A stretch of 63,419 nt of DNA, counting the filler, from Octopus bimaculoides (taxonomy: Eukaryota), in the NCBI RefSeq assembly GCF_001194135.2. It is 7 parts of 6 records of this genome, joined end to end, with 100 filler letters (N's around TTAATTAATTAA, not from the genome) between each part and the next. Parts side by side here need not be neighbours in the genome. Positions count along the whole stretch, not along the records: positions 27,487 to 41,243 come from NC_069008.1; positions 41,344 to 49,901 come from NC_068986.1; positions 50,002 to 57,344 come from NC_068986.1; 4 more parts are not named here. The stretch is one strand, 5' to 3'. This document shows positions 40,349-50,941 of the stretch, in pieces (position 1 is the stretch's first letter; the number at the start of each line of letters is the position of its first letter). The notes beneath the pieces are model-generated. The model had not been told where the DNA came from and ran no database searches. It saw nothing but the letters and a program-made list of their open reading frames with translations. Position numbers and translations under genes: made by a program.

Positions 40349-40580
40349 TGCATGTATGTGTGTATATGTTTGTGTTCTGTGTTTGTCCCCTCCCCCAACA
40401 TCGCTTGACAACCGATGCTGGTGTGTTTACGTCCCCCGTAACCTAGCGGTTCGGCAAAAAGAGACCGATAGAATAAGTACTAGGCTTCCAAAGAATAAGT
40501 CCTGGGGTCGATTTGCTCAACTAAAAGGCGGTGCGCCAGCATGGCCGTAGTCAAGTGACTGAAACAAGTAAAAGAAAAAG
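40146..40580 (+). mobile_element. SINE-A, near full-length, with internal microsatellite
   Basis: A-box-like tggctgtgtggtaag, B-box-like ggttcagtcc, gcaccttgggcaagtgtctt core, internal (TATG)n, tail ..ggcggtgcgccagcatggccgtagtcaagtgactgaaacaagtaaaaga. Confidence 0.85.
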
Positions 40581-40919
40581 AGTGCGCACATAAATTGTTT
40601 TAAGAATAAAACTTTGTTATAACTTATCAATGTTCTCTAGATTACTTCTGTGACCTCTGACCTCCTTTTTTTCTTCTTTCTTTTAATGACGGCTTTTCAT
40701 TGGTTGATGTTATTTCAATATATTCATTCATTCCATTTATTTTGTCTTTAATCTGCTCCCCTGTTTATCTCCGGTGTTTAGGTAATATGCCTAAGTTATC
40801 ATTGCTTACATGTTAGGTCAATAGATGAACCAGCCAACAAGGCAGACCTCTACATGGTCACCAAACCTGTTAGAAATAGTAGCCAAACCGGCGAAGGTAA
40901 AGAATATGCACACCCGGTG

Positions 40920-41190
40920 TTTAGGGATCAGAGTGAAGGTTTTGAGTTAGGGTTAGGGTTTTTGTTACGCCGAAAATGGGTGGTGTGCATATTCTTTACC
41001 TCTGCCGCTAAACCACCCTTTTATTGTGTGTGTGTGTGTATAATCCAATGAAAGAAAACCTCTACGCCAGGGGTCAGCGAACAGGGGGTAAATTACGTGG
41101 CGATCTTTCGATACTAGGCCGAAATATCGGCCTTTTCCATAAAAAATGTTTTCGGTGATCTTTACCAAAGATCGGCCCGAGGGTCGATAA
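40920..41190. repeat. Inverted second copy of the telomere-like-repeat element
   Basis: gagttagggttagggttt plus reverse complement of the 28690-28780 core. Confidence 0.55.
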
Positions 41191-41799
41191 AAGAAGTGCC
41201 AGTCGTACACTGTGGTCAGTGTTATCGACTAAGCCCCTCACTCNNNNNNNNNNNNNNNNNNNNNNNNNNNNNNNNNNNNNNNNNNNNTTAATTAATTAAN
41301 NNNNNNNNNNNNNNNNNNNNNNNNNNNNNNNNNNNNNNNNNNNCAGTTTGATCAATAGCCGCAAATGATAGATTTTTAACAACATTAACACATGCTATCA
41401 AAATCATCATCATCACTTAACATCCGCTTTTCCATGGATGTTGTTCTCCCTGTCACCAATCCTCACCTGTTTCCAAGCAAAGTAATATTTACCCCATTAC
41501 GAGACAGGTTTTTCACAGAAAACTGGAAACAAACAACCTCACTTGTATAACAATGATGCTCATTTACAACCATCACACGATGTTTAGACAAGAGTATTTG
41601 CACACACACACACACACACAACCACCATCATTTAATGTCTGTTTACCATGCTGGCATGGGTTGGACAGTTTGACAGGACAGGCTTCTTTCAGCTGCCATC
41701 AACCAAATCCACTTACAAGGCTTTGGTTGGCCCAAAGCTATAGAGAAGACACCTTCCCAAAGTTGAAAAATGTGGCATTTAAAAACAATAGCTGAATGT

Positions 41800-42141
41800 G
41801 TGATCACCGGAGCCTTGGGAATTTTGTCAAATGACACTTAAACACTATTGCATAATACCAGGAAACCCAAAAGCATCAGAACTACAAAAATTGTTCTCGT
41901 GGGTACCGACCACATCCAAAGAAAAACACTATCAACCTGAGAATACCCAAATCTTTTTAAACCTTTCAGAATCACAAATATTACAACAAACTTAACGAGC
42001 TCTAAATTTTCAGTATCACATGTCCTTTCCCTGAATTAAATCATTGTTGCTCATAAACAGCAACCACAATAAAACGTCCAACTTGCCGTTATCTGAGGTC
42101 ACTGGGTGAGACTTGGAACAGCTTGTATAAAACAAAGCATG
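41800..42141 (+). mobile_element. Older, degraded R4/Dong-like LINE 3' end directly upstream of the previous copy
   Basis: Translation VITGALGILSNDT*..KIVLVGTDHIQRKTLST* aligns with IIVGALGII..KIALLGTAHILHKTLSIQ of the neighbour; a different 3' UTR ends at the (AAT)n tract. Confidence 0.65.
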
Positions 42142-42165
42142 ATAATAATAATAATAATAATAATA

Positions 42166-42600
42166 AAGATAGAGAAATTAAGGCCAATAGACCAGATATA
42201 GTTGTCAAAGATCATGAAGGAAAAAAATGCTTTCTAATTGATGTATCAATACCAGCAGATGACGTTTCCCTAAAAGAAATGGAGAAACTTTCAAAATACA
42301 AAGACCTGGAAATAGAGGTAACTCGAATGTGGAATCTAAAAACAGAAACGATTCCTATCATAGTAGGTGCCTTAGGTATAATAAAAAAATATTCAGACAA
42401 ATACATAACAAAAACACCAGGACTTACAAATATATATAACATACAGAAAATTGCACTACTGGGCACTGCACACATCCTACACAAAACACTTTCAATACAG
42501 TAACCATAAGAGCATCACAGCAAACCACAGCACATACCCAAGGCGCACAGAGCTGCGCTCGGTAGTGAAGTGAAAGCATGCTATAAAAATAAAACTACTG
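42166..42600 (+). mobile_element. 5'-truncated R4/Dong-clade non-LTR retrotransposon: restriction-like endonuclease C-terminus plus 3' UTR
   Basis: Open frame REIKANRPDIVVKD..KCFLIDVSIP..KEMEKLSKYKDLEIEVTRMW..IPIIVGALG..QKIALLGTAHILHKTL*, the RPD..D..K RLE motif. Flanked on both sides by (AAT)n (42142-42166 and 42601-42618). Confidence 0.85.
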
Positions 42601-42619
42601 AATAATAATAATAGTAATA

Positions 42620-43270
42620 TCCTTTCTTTATTAGCCACAAGGGCTGATAAAAATAAGATTGGACATTACAAAACATGAAGGACAAAGTGGGGTTACATAA
42701 AGTGTCATGTAAAAAGTTGATAGTAATGAAAAATATAAGAAAGAAAATGCCTGAAAGAGGCAAGGAGCTCAGGACTACTCATTGAGACCCCACGAAAAAT
42801 CTACAGGCAGCCTGACTACTAAGGCAAGAACCCTCTCCCCATTTTTCTCTCTCTCTCAGCCTTGGAAACTCAGAAGTGCATGTTCAAAGTAGGCCCATTG
42901 ACACAGACCATCTTCGCCACATTCACCCACTTTTCAACAAATCTGCTGGAAGTCAGCACTTCTCTCTCAACTCTCACTTTCCTTTTCAGACGGCATCTGA
43001 AACAGTTGATGAGGGGTAGGGCAAAGAAGAAAGTATCTGTCTTCAGCCCTTTCAGTCATACAACCTCTTTCACTACAGCCACAAGACAGATGAAAATTGT
43101 CTCCCCTTGCCGGCCAAAGGAAGACGGTGGGGCAATCCTCATGATGGAATCAGCTGACAAGTGGACACGTCCAATACATGACAGCAAGCGTTCAACATAA
43201 ACCCGTATATCAGATATGCTCGGGCACTGGACGAATGCATGCAGAACAGCTTCATCGCTCTGGACACAGA
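42620..43270 (-). mobile_element. 5'-truncated L1/Tx1-type LINE: ORF2 C-terminal zinc-knuckle region plus 3' UTR
   Basis: CVQSDEAVLHAFVQCP..FICLVAVVKEVV*LKGLKTDTFF..KRKVRVEREVL..FVEKWVNVA..HF*. The ET/EA-xxH-xxxxC knuckle and the downstream W pattern are typical of L1/Tx1 ORF2. The 3' UTR ends agcccttgtggctaataaagaaa. Confidence 0.7.
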
Positions 43271-43292
43271 TAATAATAATAATAATAATAAT

Positions 43293-43507
43293 CCTTTCTA
43301 TCATAGGCACAAGGCCTGAAATTCCAGATGCAGTAGTTAGTCAATTACATTAACCCCAGTACTCAACTGGTACTTACTTCGCTGACCCTAAAAGAATGAC
43401 AGGTAAATTCAACTTTGATGGAGTTTGAACTCAGAATGTAATGATAGACAATATGCTTAGCAGCATTTTGTCCAGCATGCTAATGATTCAGCCAGCTCAC
43501 CACCATT
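43293..43507 (-). mobile_element. SINE-B copy with (ATT)n tail
   Basis: Reverse complement of the SINE-B body; (AAT)n on both sides. Confidence 0.75.
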
Positions 43508-43710
43508 GAAATAATAATAATAATAATAATAGTAACTTTCTCAGGTATGTGCTTCAATAACAAACATTTAATCTTATGTGCAAATCTAATCCTCTCACAT
43601 CGTCTGGTTCAATTAGCAAATACCTCATTGAAGCCTAACATTATTGTTCATTATGAGCTAAAGTACCTCTCTTCCTACACTAAACAAAACATACCAGTGT
43701 GCATGTATGC

Positions 43711-43746
<36 letters not shown>

Positions 43747-44221
43747 ATACACACACACACACACACACTTTTGTTGCAGGATGGTGGTGGTGGAGGGTGT
43801 TGCAGTGTGGTTAGTCAACTTGATTGATAGTGTCTTGTACAATGTCTGGTCACTAGAAGTTATATAAGAACAAAATTCTACAAAACCAACCCAGACACAG
43901 TGTGTGTGTGTGTGTGTGTGTGTGGAGATCAGTTGACAGATGTTGAGGTCAGTTAACAGGTGTGGATGTCATAACTTTCTGGGTTTTTTTTTTTTACAGT
44001 CAACAGAAATCATCATCATCATCATCATTGTTGCCATACTTGCATGGGTAGGGTAGGATTTATTGAGAGAGATTTTCCCTGGCTGGATCCTTTTTTTCGC
44101 CCCTTTTGCCCAATTGTCATTTGTTTTCATGTAAGTATTATTTTTCCTATGGCCAGACATGTTTGTCACAGAAGATTGGAAACAAAGGGAACTTGTTTAA
44201 AACTATTACACTGAGACACAA

Positions 44222-44470
44222 ACATTACTATTATTATCATTATTAAGTGAAAGAGCAGTGCATGCCATCAAAGTAACACTGGAGTACAAATATACTAAGC
44301 CCAGCATACCTATCATCACTACCCATCTGATAAGGGCACACCAGGACACATGCATCACATGTGAGTGATGTGTTGACCTTCATCATCATCATCATATCGA
44401 GATAAACATCATATGACTTGCAGGTGGGGCCCAGTTAAAATTTTCTTCAGCTCAAGTAACCCATCAAAAA
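44222..44470 (-). mobile_element. Probable LINE 3' UTR remnant with (TAA)-type tail
   Basis: attactattattatcattatt tail adjacent to a unique-looking 200-bp body; family assignment from recollection only. Confidence 0.3.
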
Positions 44471-44489
44471 TCAAATCACAATCAAAAAT

Positions 44490-44915
44490 GGAAATTGTAG
44501 TTGTGGCTGATGCCAGTGCTGCCTGACTGGCTCTCGTGCTCGTGGCACACAATAGGTGTCATTCATGTGGGGGTCGTTACCAGTGCTACCTGACTGGCTC
44601 CCTGTGCCGGTGGCATGTAAAAAGCACCATCCAAATGTGGTCAATGCCAGCCCTACCGCCCCGACTGGCTCCTGTGCCAGTAGCATGTAAAAAGCATCAT
44701 CTGAATGTGGCCGATGCCAGTGCCACCTTACTGGCTCCCATGCCAGTGGCACGTAAAAAGCACCCACTGCACTCTCAGAATGGTTGGCATTAGGAAGGAC
44801 ATCCAGCTGTAGAAACATTGCCAGATCAGATTGGAGCTTGGTGCGGCCTCCTGGCTTGCCAGTCCCCAGTCAAACCGTAAAACCCATGCCAGCATGGAAA
44901 GTGGACATTGAACAA
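44490..44915 (+). mobile_element. V-domain-like SINE with four internal 66-71 bp units
   Basis: Units ctgactggctc..gcatgtaaaaagcacc x4, then ggttggcattaggaaggacatccagctgtagaaac and tail cccatgccagcatggaaagtggac. Confidence 0.55.
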
Positions 44916-45743
44916 TGAAATAAAAAAGAAAAAACTGTACCTATCATCACTGCCCATCTGATAAGGGTACACCAGGACACATGCATCATAACGAAACAGA
45001 ATATAGACTCCTAATAGCTAGTTTATCAATCGGTTTCATACCAGAAAGTTGGGAAAACCCTGGCAATCATCAGAAAAGATTGAAATAGTGTAATACAGTG
45101 TAGATTCAGCATTTTCTTACTAATAATAATATACCCACTATTCAGCAACATGAATGTCTGTCTTTTTTTCTAACTCATGGATTTTTAGGCACACACACAC
45201 ACGGGGGACTACTTTCAATTTCCACCAACAATGTCCACTCACAAGGCTTTGATAAGTCTGGGACTATAGTAGAAGGTGCCATGCAGTGGGACTGAACCGG
45301 GAAACCATGTGGTTGTAAAGTGAGTTTCTTAACCACACAGCCATCTCAACTAATTTGAAGTTTGACAAGAAATGAAATTGAATATGTGTACGAACACATA
45401 TAAGGAGGCAGACACTCGCTCGTATAAATAAAAGACTGAAAGACGCAAAATAATATCAACCAGTTAGTATTCTGTATTGCAATACAAATAAAAAACTCGG
45501 TACTCGAAAAACCTCTGCTGACAGGATTACAACTGTTCAAACATCACAGGAATGAGGTTTCTCAAAACACACACACACACACCCAGTTTCTGAAAGTGGT
45601 ATAATTATCTTAACTAACATAGAATATAGTTTCAAGAAGCAGCAGTTGACATTTGCAGAGTGTCTTTAGTAAAGAGAGCTTGATTAATGATAAAGATAAA
45701 AAAAAAATTAAGAAAGACAAGAAAAAGAGAGAAGAGAAAAATC

Positions 45744-46162
45744 TTTTCTACTATAGGCATAAGGCCCAAAATTTTGGGGGAAGGGGCCAGTCAATTAGAT
45801 TGACCCCAGTACACAACTGGTACTTAATTTATCGACCCTGAAAGGATGAAAGGCAAAGTCTACCTCAGCGGAATTTGAACTTAGAATGTAAAGATAGACG
45901 AAATACCGCTAAGCATTTCACCCGGTGTGCTAACGTTTCTTATTTCTTTATTGCCAACAAGGGGCTAAACATAGAGGGGACAAACAAGGACAGACAAAGG
46001 GATTAAGTCAATTACATCGACTCCAGTGCGTAACTGGTACTTAATTTACCGACTCCGAAAGGATGAATGTCAACCTCGGCGGAATTTGAACTCAGAACGT
46101 AACGGCAGACGAAATACCGCTAAGCATTTCATCCAGCGTGCTAACGATTCCGCCAGCTCCCT
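45744..46162 (-). mobile_element. Two abutting SINE-B copies (45940-46162 alternative tail; 45744-45938 headless, standard tail)
   Basis: Reverse-complement bodies; minus-strand junction ..ggcaataaagaaataa|gaaacgttagcac.. Confidence 0.8.
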
Positions 46163-46321
46163 CCGCCGAGAGAGAAGAGAATAATGAAGCAACAAAGATA
46201 AACACTATAAAATGGGATTGTGATATGCTTTAGCTAAACCTCTAAACTGTTTACTGTCCTTCTTTTAGTGTTAAGATCATTGAGAATGATGTTAATGTTA
46301 GCATGAGCTGGGCATAGATCT

Positions 46322-46575
46322 GGGCATGTGATTAAGAAGTCTGTTTTACAACCATGTGGTTTGAGGTTCAGTCCTACTGTGCAACACCTTGGGCAAGTGT
46401 CTTCTACAGGGTGCCCACAAAGTCTGGTTACATGGGGATTAACATACTTTAAGAAATTATTATTTTTTATATTTAATTGTTTATGTTATGATTTTATTTA
46501 CTGCACGTACCCAGACCTTGTGGACACCCTGTACTATAGCCCCAAGTGGCCAATGCCTTCTCAGTGGATTTGCTG
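46322..46575 (+). mobile_element. SINE-A 5' part interrupted by a 125-bp MITE
   Basis: SINE sequence resumes in register after the duplicated TA. Confidence 0.75.
46407..46531. mobile_element. Tc1/mariner-type MITE, 125 bp, nested in a SINE-A copy
   Basis: 25-bp TIRs CAGGGTG(C/T)CCACAA(A/G)GTCTGG(T/G)TAC with 3 mismatches; the TA of the SINE motif gtgtcttcTActatagcc is duplicated on both sides. Confidence 0.85.
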
Positions 46576-48135
46576 TGTGCATGTGTGTACACACACACAC
46601 ACACCTCATTTATTCTCTTTTCCTATTTCTTTCTCTCCCAACTTAGACATAGAATTGTATTTTAACATGGATTTTCAAAGCTTGTTCCCTTTTTATTTCA
46701 AGCTTTTAATAATGAAAGTTCCTACCCATGCTAGCATGGAAGGTGGATGTTAAACGATGATGATGATGAATGCAGAAAAAAATCTTAATTTTAAGAAGAA
46801 AATCAATGCAGTGTGAAGTGTGACAGCTAGCTTTGTAGATCATTTGGCACTACACACACACAAATATGGCTGTATGGTAAGAAGCTTGCTTCCCAACCAC
46901 ATGGTTCTGGGTTCGGTCCCACTGCGTGACACTTTGGGCAAGTGTCTAGAACTGCTCAGCTAGACACGGTGACACCAAACCCTTGTTCAAAATATGTTTT
47001 TCAAAGTGACATACAGTCACGGATCTTGTTCAGAGATTTAGAAATAATAATTTTTCTATTTGAAAAAAAAAAAAAATTCTATAACAAAAAAAGTTGACAT
47101 GCCCCATTAATAGGGCTCTAAATACTGAACTTTGACCTTTACTTTGTCAAACAAAGGGTTAAACCCAATGAGCGAAAAATAATTTAAACACTAAACTGTG
47201 CACACCTAAATACACACTCTCTCACAAAGCTCTAAATACATGAATAAATTCTAAACAATAGCATAACCCCAAATTTAATCAATGAAAATTTCCCCAAAAC
47301 ACCTCTCCATAACAATCCACCCTAAAACCTAATAACCAGCACACACACACACACACACACAAGGAAAACTTTAACCCAACAGAGATTATATAAAGTCAAG
47401 ATTAAGTCTAATGCATCGCTGTCCAATGGTGGCTTAATTAGCTGCAACAAAGTAATTGTCTACAACATTCTTGCTTAAGAATAAGCTATATACATATGTA
47501 TACATATACATATATATATATATACATATATATATATTAGTGGTAGGAGAAGGAGTGACTGCACATTATAAAAAGATCTAACATGATGCAACCACCAACA
47601 GCTGTTGCCAGTAGATCTTGTGAGGGGGAGGGCAGACAACAGATTTGCAAAAGAAGTTTGTTTTAAATGTAACATACCAAGTATATCTACTAATTACAAG
47701 AATTACAAGTCGTAAACCACATTGAATGGAGGNNNNNNNNNNAAATTAAATCTAAACTAGGGGGGGGAATAAACTTTGTCTTGATTAGTATGACATCTAA
47801 AAGTATTGACTGTAACGGGATCATAATGTCTTTTCTAAGTGATTTGTTATCTTTCATCTGCCTCTTTTCTCTAATAATTATTATAACAATGGTTGTTGCT
47901 CTGCACTTTTATAAAATCCAATTAATGAAGAAAGCAGAAAAGTGAAAGGAAATTGCGAGACAGAACAAACAAGTTAAAAGTTATCTAAAAGCTTTGAAGA
48001 ACTGAATATAAGGTGGCGGAAGAGAATGCATCAGAAGTATTAAGTGACAGTAAAAGATGGAATTAAAAGCTAAAGCTTTCTGTAGTGCCATTACGGTAGT
48101 CTTTGGTGTCATGGTTTAGAAGAACGAGCAGAACA

Positions 48136-48193
48136 ATAGCAGTTGCAATGAGACATTGCAATAGCAGTTGCAATGTCTCATTGCAACTGCTAT
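48136..48193. repeat. Perfect 26-bp inverted repeat with 6-nt spacer
   Basis: ATAGCAGTTGCAATGAGACATTGCAA-tagcag-TTGCAATGTCTCATTGCAACTGCTAT. Confidence 0.95.
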
Positions 48194-48306
48194 ATTTAGA
48201 AATTTCAGTAGGAATTAAATTAAGTATTAACTTTGGTAAAAGATCTGACAAAATTAGGGAAATGAAGTAAAATTCTTTGACAAGAATTAGTAATGACAGT
48301 GAGTTT

Positions 48307-48360
48307 AAAGTTTCGGCCACCTAGGCTGATGATGGGTTAGCTTGCTGAAACTTTGAAGTT
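48307..48360 (+). ncRNA. Same hammerhead family as 23.6 kb, stem II degraded
   Basis: aaagtttcggcca-cc-UAGG-CUGAUGA-ugggttagcttgct-GAAACUUUGAAGUU. Confidence 0.45.
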
Positions 48361-48629
48361 ACTGTCAATAATATTCTTGTTTAAGAACAATAGACTTGTA
48401 CTCTACAAAAGTATGAAGTAACCCACTAGCTTAATGTAAAATCATTTTTATTATAACTCAACATAAAAACAAGCGTGAATAAATATATATCGTTGCTATT
48501 ATGCAAAAGTGTTGTAAGTCCAAAATGTTGCTTTTTCGGAAAACGAAAAACTAGTTTGACAATTTTTGATATCTTGGCATCTGATATCGTGGTTTGACAA
48601 TTTTTGATATCTTGGCATTTGATAGTCAG

Positions 48630-48815
48630 GAGGCACTGTCACTAGCCACGTTTAGATGTTGCTTTTTACATGCCACCAGCATGGGAGCCAGTCAGGGGTC
48701 GCTGGCATCGGCCATGTTCGGATGGTGCTTTTTACATGCCACTGGCACAGGAGCCAGTCAGGGGGCACTACCATTGGCCATGTTCGGATGGTGCTTTTCA
48801 CATGTCACCGGCACT
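48630..48815 (-). repeat. Three tandem 66-bp units of the same family
   Basis: ggagccagtcagg at 48684 and 48750; partial third unit upstream. Confidence 0.7.
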
Positions 48816-49189
48816 TAGAGGGGAGACAAACAAAAATTATATTCCCTTAGATAAATAGGTTTACATTGGTGTGTGGGTGTGTGTGTGTGTCAGAGTAGTA
48901 AACATACATTGTATGGGTAGGATTAAATAACTCTGTGTGTGTGCGTGAATGTTCTGCATAAGCGTGTGTGGGGTATAGTATATCAGTAGATTTCTCATTC
49001 CATTGAGTCATAAAAAGGGTAATATGATCCCTGTGTTCCTCAAAACCTATGAAGTGCCTGCACGTGTATGTCCGCACATGCACCCACATGATCCGATGCA
49101 ATGCACACGTAGTCAATTCACAAAGGCATCAACCATGGGCTAGACATTTAACCACTCATGCCTTTCACTGAATCCACACTGTAACATGA

Positions 49190-49220
<31 letters not shown>

Positions 49221-49375
49221 TTATCTATGTCTGTCTGTCTGTGTCACTCTCTCTCTCTCACATGTTCTCGCTTGTGTTTGCATGGCTATGAATGTACAAT
49301 CTGTTAACTAAGAGAAAGAGACCTGAAGCAGACCTGCTGGGGGCATCTCATTGAAGAGGTTGCAAATGACAAAGG

Positions 49376-49591
49376 ACTTTTCTACTCTAGGCCCAACACC
49401 TGAAATTTTGGGGGAGGGGGCCAGTCAATTAGATCGATCCCCAGTATGCAGCTGGTACTTAATTTATCAACCCTCAAAGGATGAAAGACAAACTCAGCCT
49501 CAGTGGAATTTGAACTCAGAATGTAAAGCCAGATGAAATACCGCTAAGCATTTCGCCCGGCATGCTGACGTTTCTGCCAGCTCGCCGCCTT
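49376..49591 (-). mobile_element. SINE-B copy
   Basis: Full head to tail on the minus strand (aaggcggcgagctggcagaaacgtc..). Confidence 0.85.
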
Positions 49592-49626
49592 AATGACAAA
49601 GGACTTAGTCAGGTGATTGAAGGATA

Positions 49627-49856
49627 CATCATCATCATCGTTTAACATCCGCTTTCCATGGGTTGGACGATTTGACTGAGGACTGGCGAACCAGATGGCT
49701 GCACCAGGCTCCATTCTGATCTGGCAGAGTTTCTACAGCTGGGTGCCCTTCCTAATGCCAACCACTCCGAGAGTGTAGTGGGTGCTTATACGTGCTACCG
49801 GCACGAGGGCCAGTCAGGCGGTACTGGCAACGGCCACGCTCAAAATGGTGTTTTAA
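49627..49856 (-). mobile_element. V-domain-like SINE with (GAT)n tail
   Basis: Minus strand ggttggcattaggaagggcacccagctgtagaaac (recalled V-SINE domain); tail gttaaacgatgatgatgatg. Confidence 0.55.
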
Positions 49857-50001
49857 TCAAACAATTAGTTCGTTGGTTAAATGATCAACTAGTTAATTAA
49901 TNNNNNNNNNNNNNNNNNNNNNNNNNNNNNNNNNNNNNNNNNNNNTTAATTAATTAANNNNNNNNNNNNNNNNNNNNNNNNNNNNNNNNNNNNNNNNNNN
50001 N

Positions 50002-50032
<31 letters not shown>

Positions 50033-50039
50033 GTAAACT

Positions 50040-50220
50040 CGAACATTAAAAATAACAATAACAAAGAGGACGTGTACATGGAATGTATTAGTTTGAGGCT
50101 CAGTAAAAAGTGGGAGTTTTTGACGTTTCGACCGTAGCTCTTCGTCGGAAAGAAGAACGGGAAAAGAATCACTAACAGCACGTGTGTAGTTACATTGTTG
50201 AACTGACCGGAAGTGGAAAT
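50040..50220 (-). mobile_element. Penelope-like pLTR fragment containing a mutated minimal hammerhead (50118-50151)
   Basis: Minus: UUU-C(C)GACGA-A-GAGC(uacg)GUC-GAAACGUC-AAA. Flank is homologous to 12168-12250 and 54643-54752. Confidence 0.5.
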
Positions 50221-50304
50221 ACATACTGTATGTACATATATATACGCACATACATACATATATTTGGAGAGAGAGATAGAGAACTGCGTTGTTTCTGTTG
50301 TTGT

Positions 50305-50346
50305 CATTGTTGCTGCTGCTGTTGTTGTTGTTGTTGTTGTTGTTGC

Positions 50347-50380
<34 letters not shown>

Positions 50381-50382
50381 GA
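50305..50382. repeat. (GTT)n/(GCT)n trinucleotide repeat
   Basis: Direct reading. Confidence 0.95.
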
Positions 50383-50724
50383 CATCATGAAGACTTAGAA
50401 ACATCGAGTGTTCCACCGTTTCAGAAAAGAATTATTTCACGTTCACTCGAAGTTTCCAAATGTTTATGACGTCAACAACACGCAATTCGCACTGTTAAGA
50501 ATAAAAGTTCTAAAACGGATGGAGAAATTGGAAGGAATGCTTTGTTCCGCTGATAGAAGATGCGTGTTCGAGTCCCAGAGGCAGCCTTCAACTTTTCTTC
50601 CAAGGGGTCTTTTAACCCAATATTTATTTATACGCTATTATTCTTAGCTTTATTTATTCCAACCTTCACTGTTCCAAAAAAGATTATTTCATATATATGT
50701 ATGTATGCAAATATTTGTAGAAGT

Positions 50725-50893
50725 GCAGGTGTGGCTTTGTGGTAAGAAGCTTGCTTCCTGGCCGCATGGATCCGGATTCAATCCTACAGCATGACAACTG
50801 GGGCAAGTGTCTTCTACTATAGCCTCGGGCCGACCAAAGCCTCCTGAGTGGATTTTTTAGACGGAAACTGAAAGAAGTCTGTTGTGTAAATAT

Positions 50894-50941
<48 letters not shown>

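Noticed and set aside
44500-44790. CRISPR-like array
   Set aside because: Eukaryotic context; whole units are homologous, with no unique spacers.
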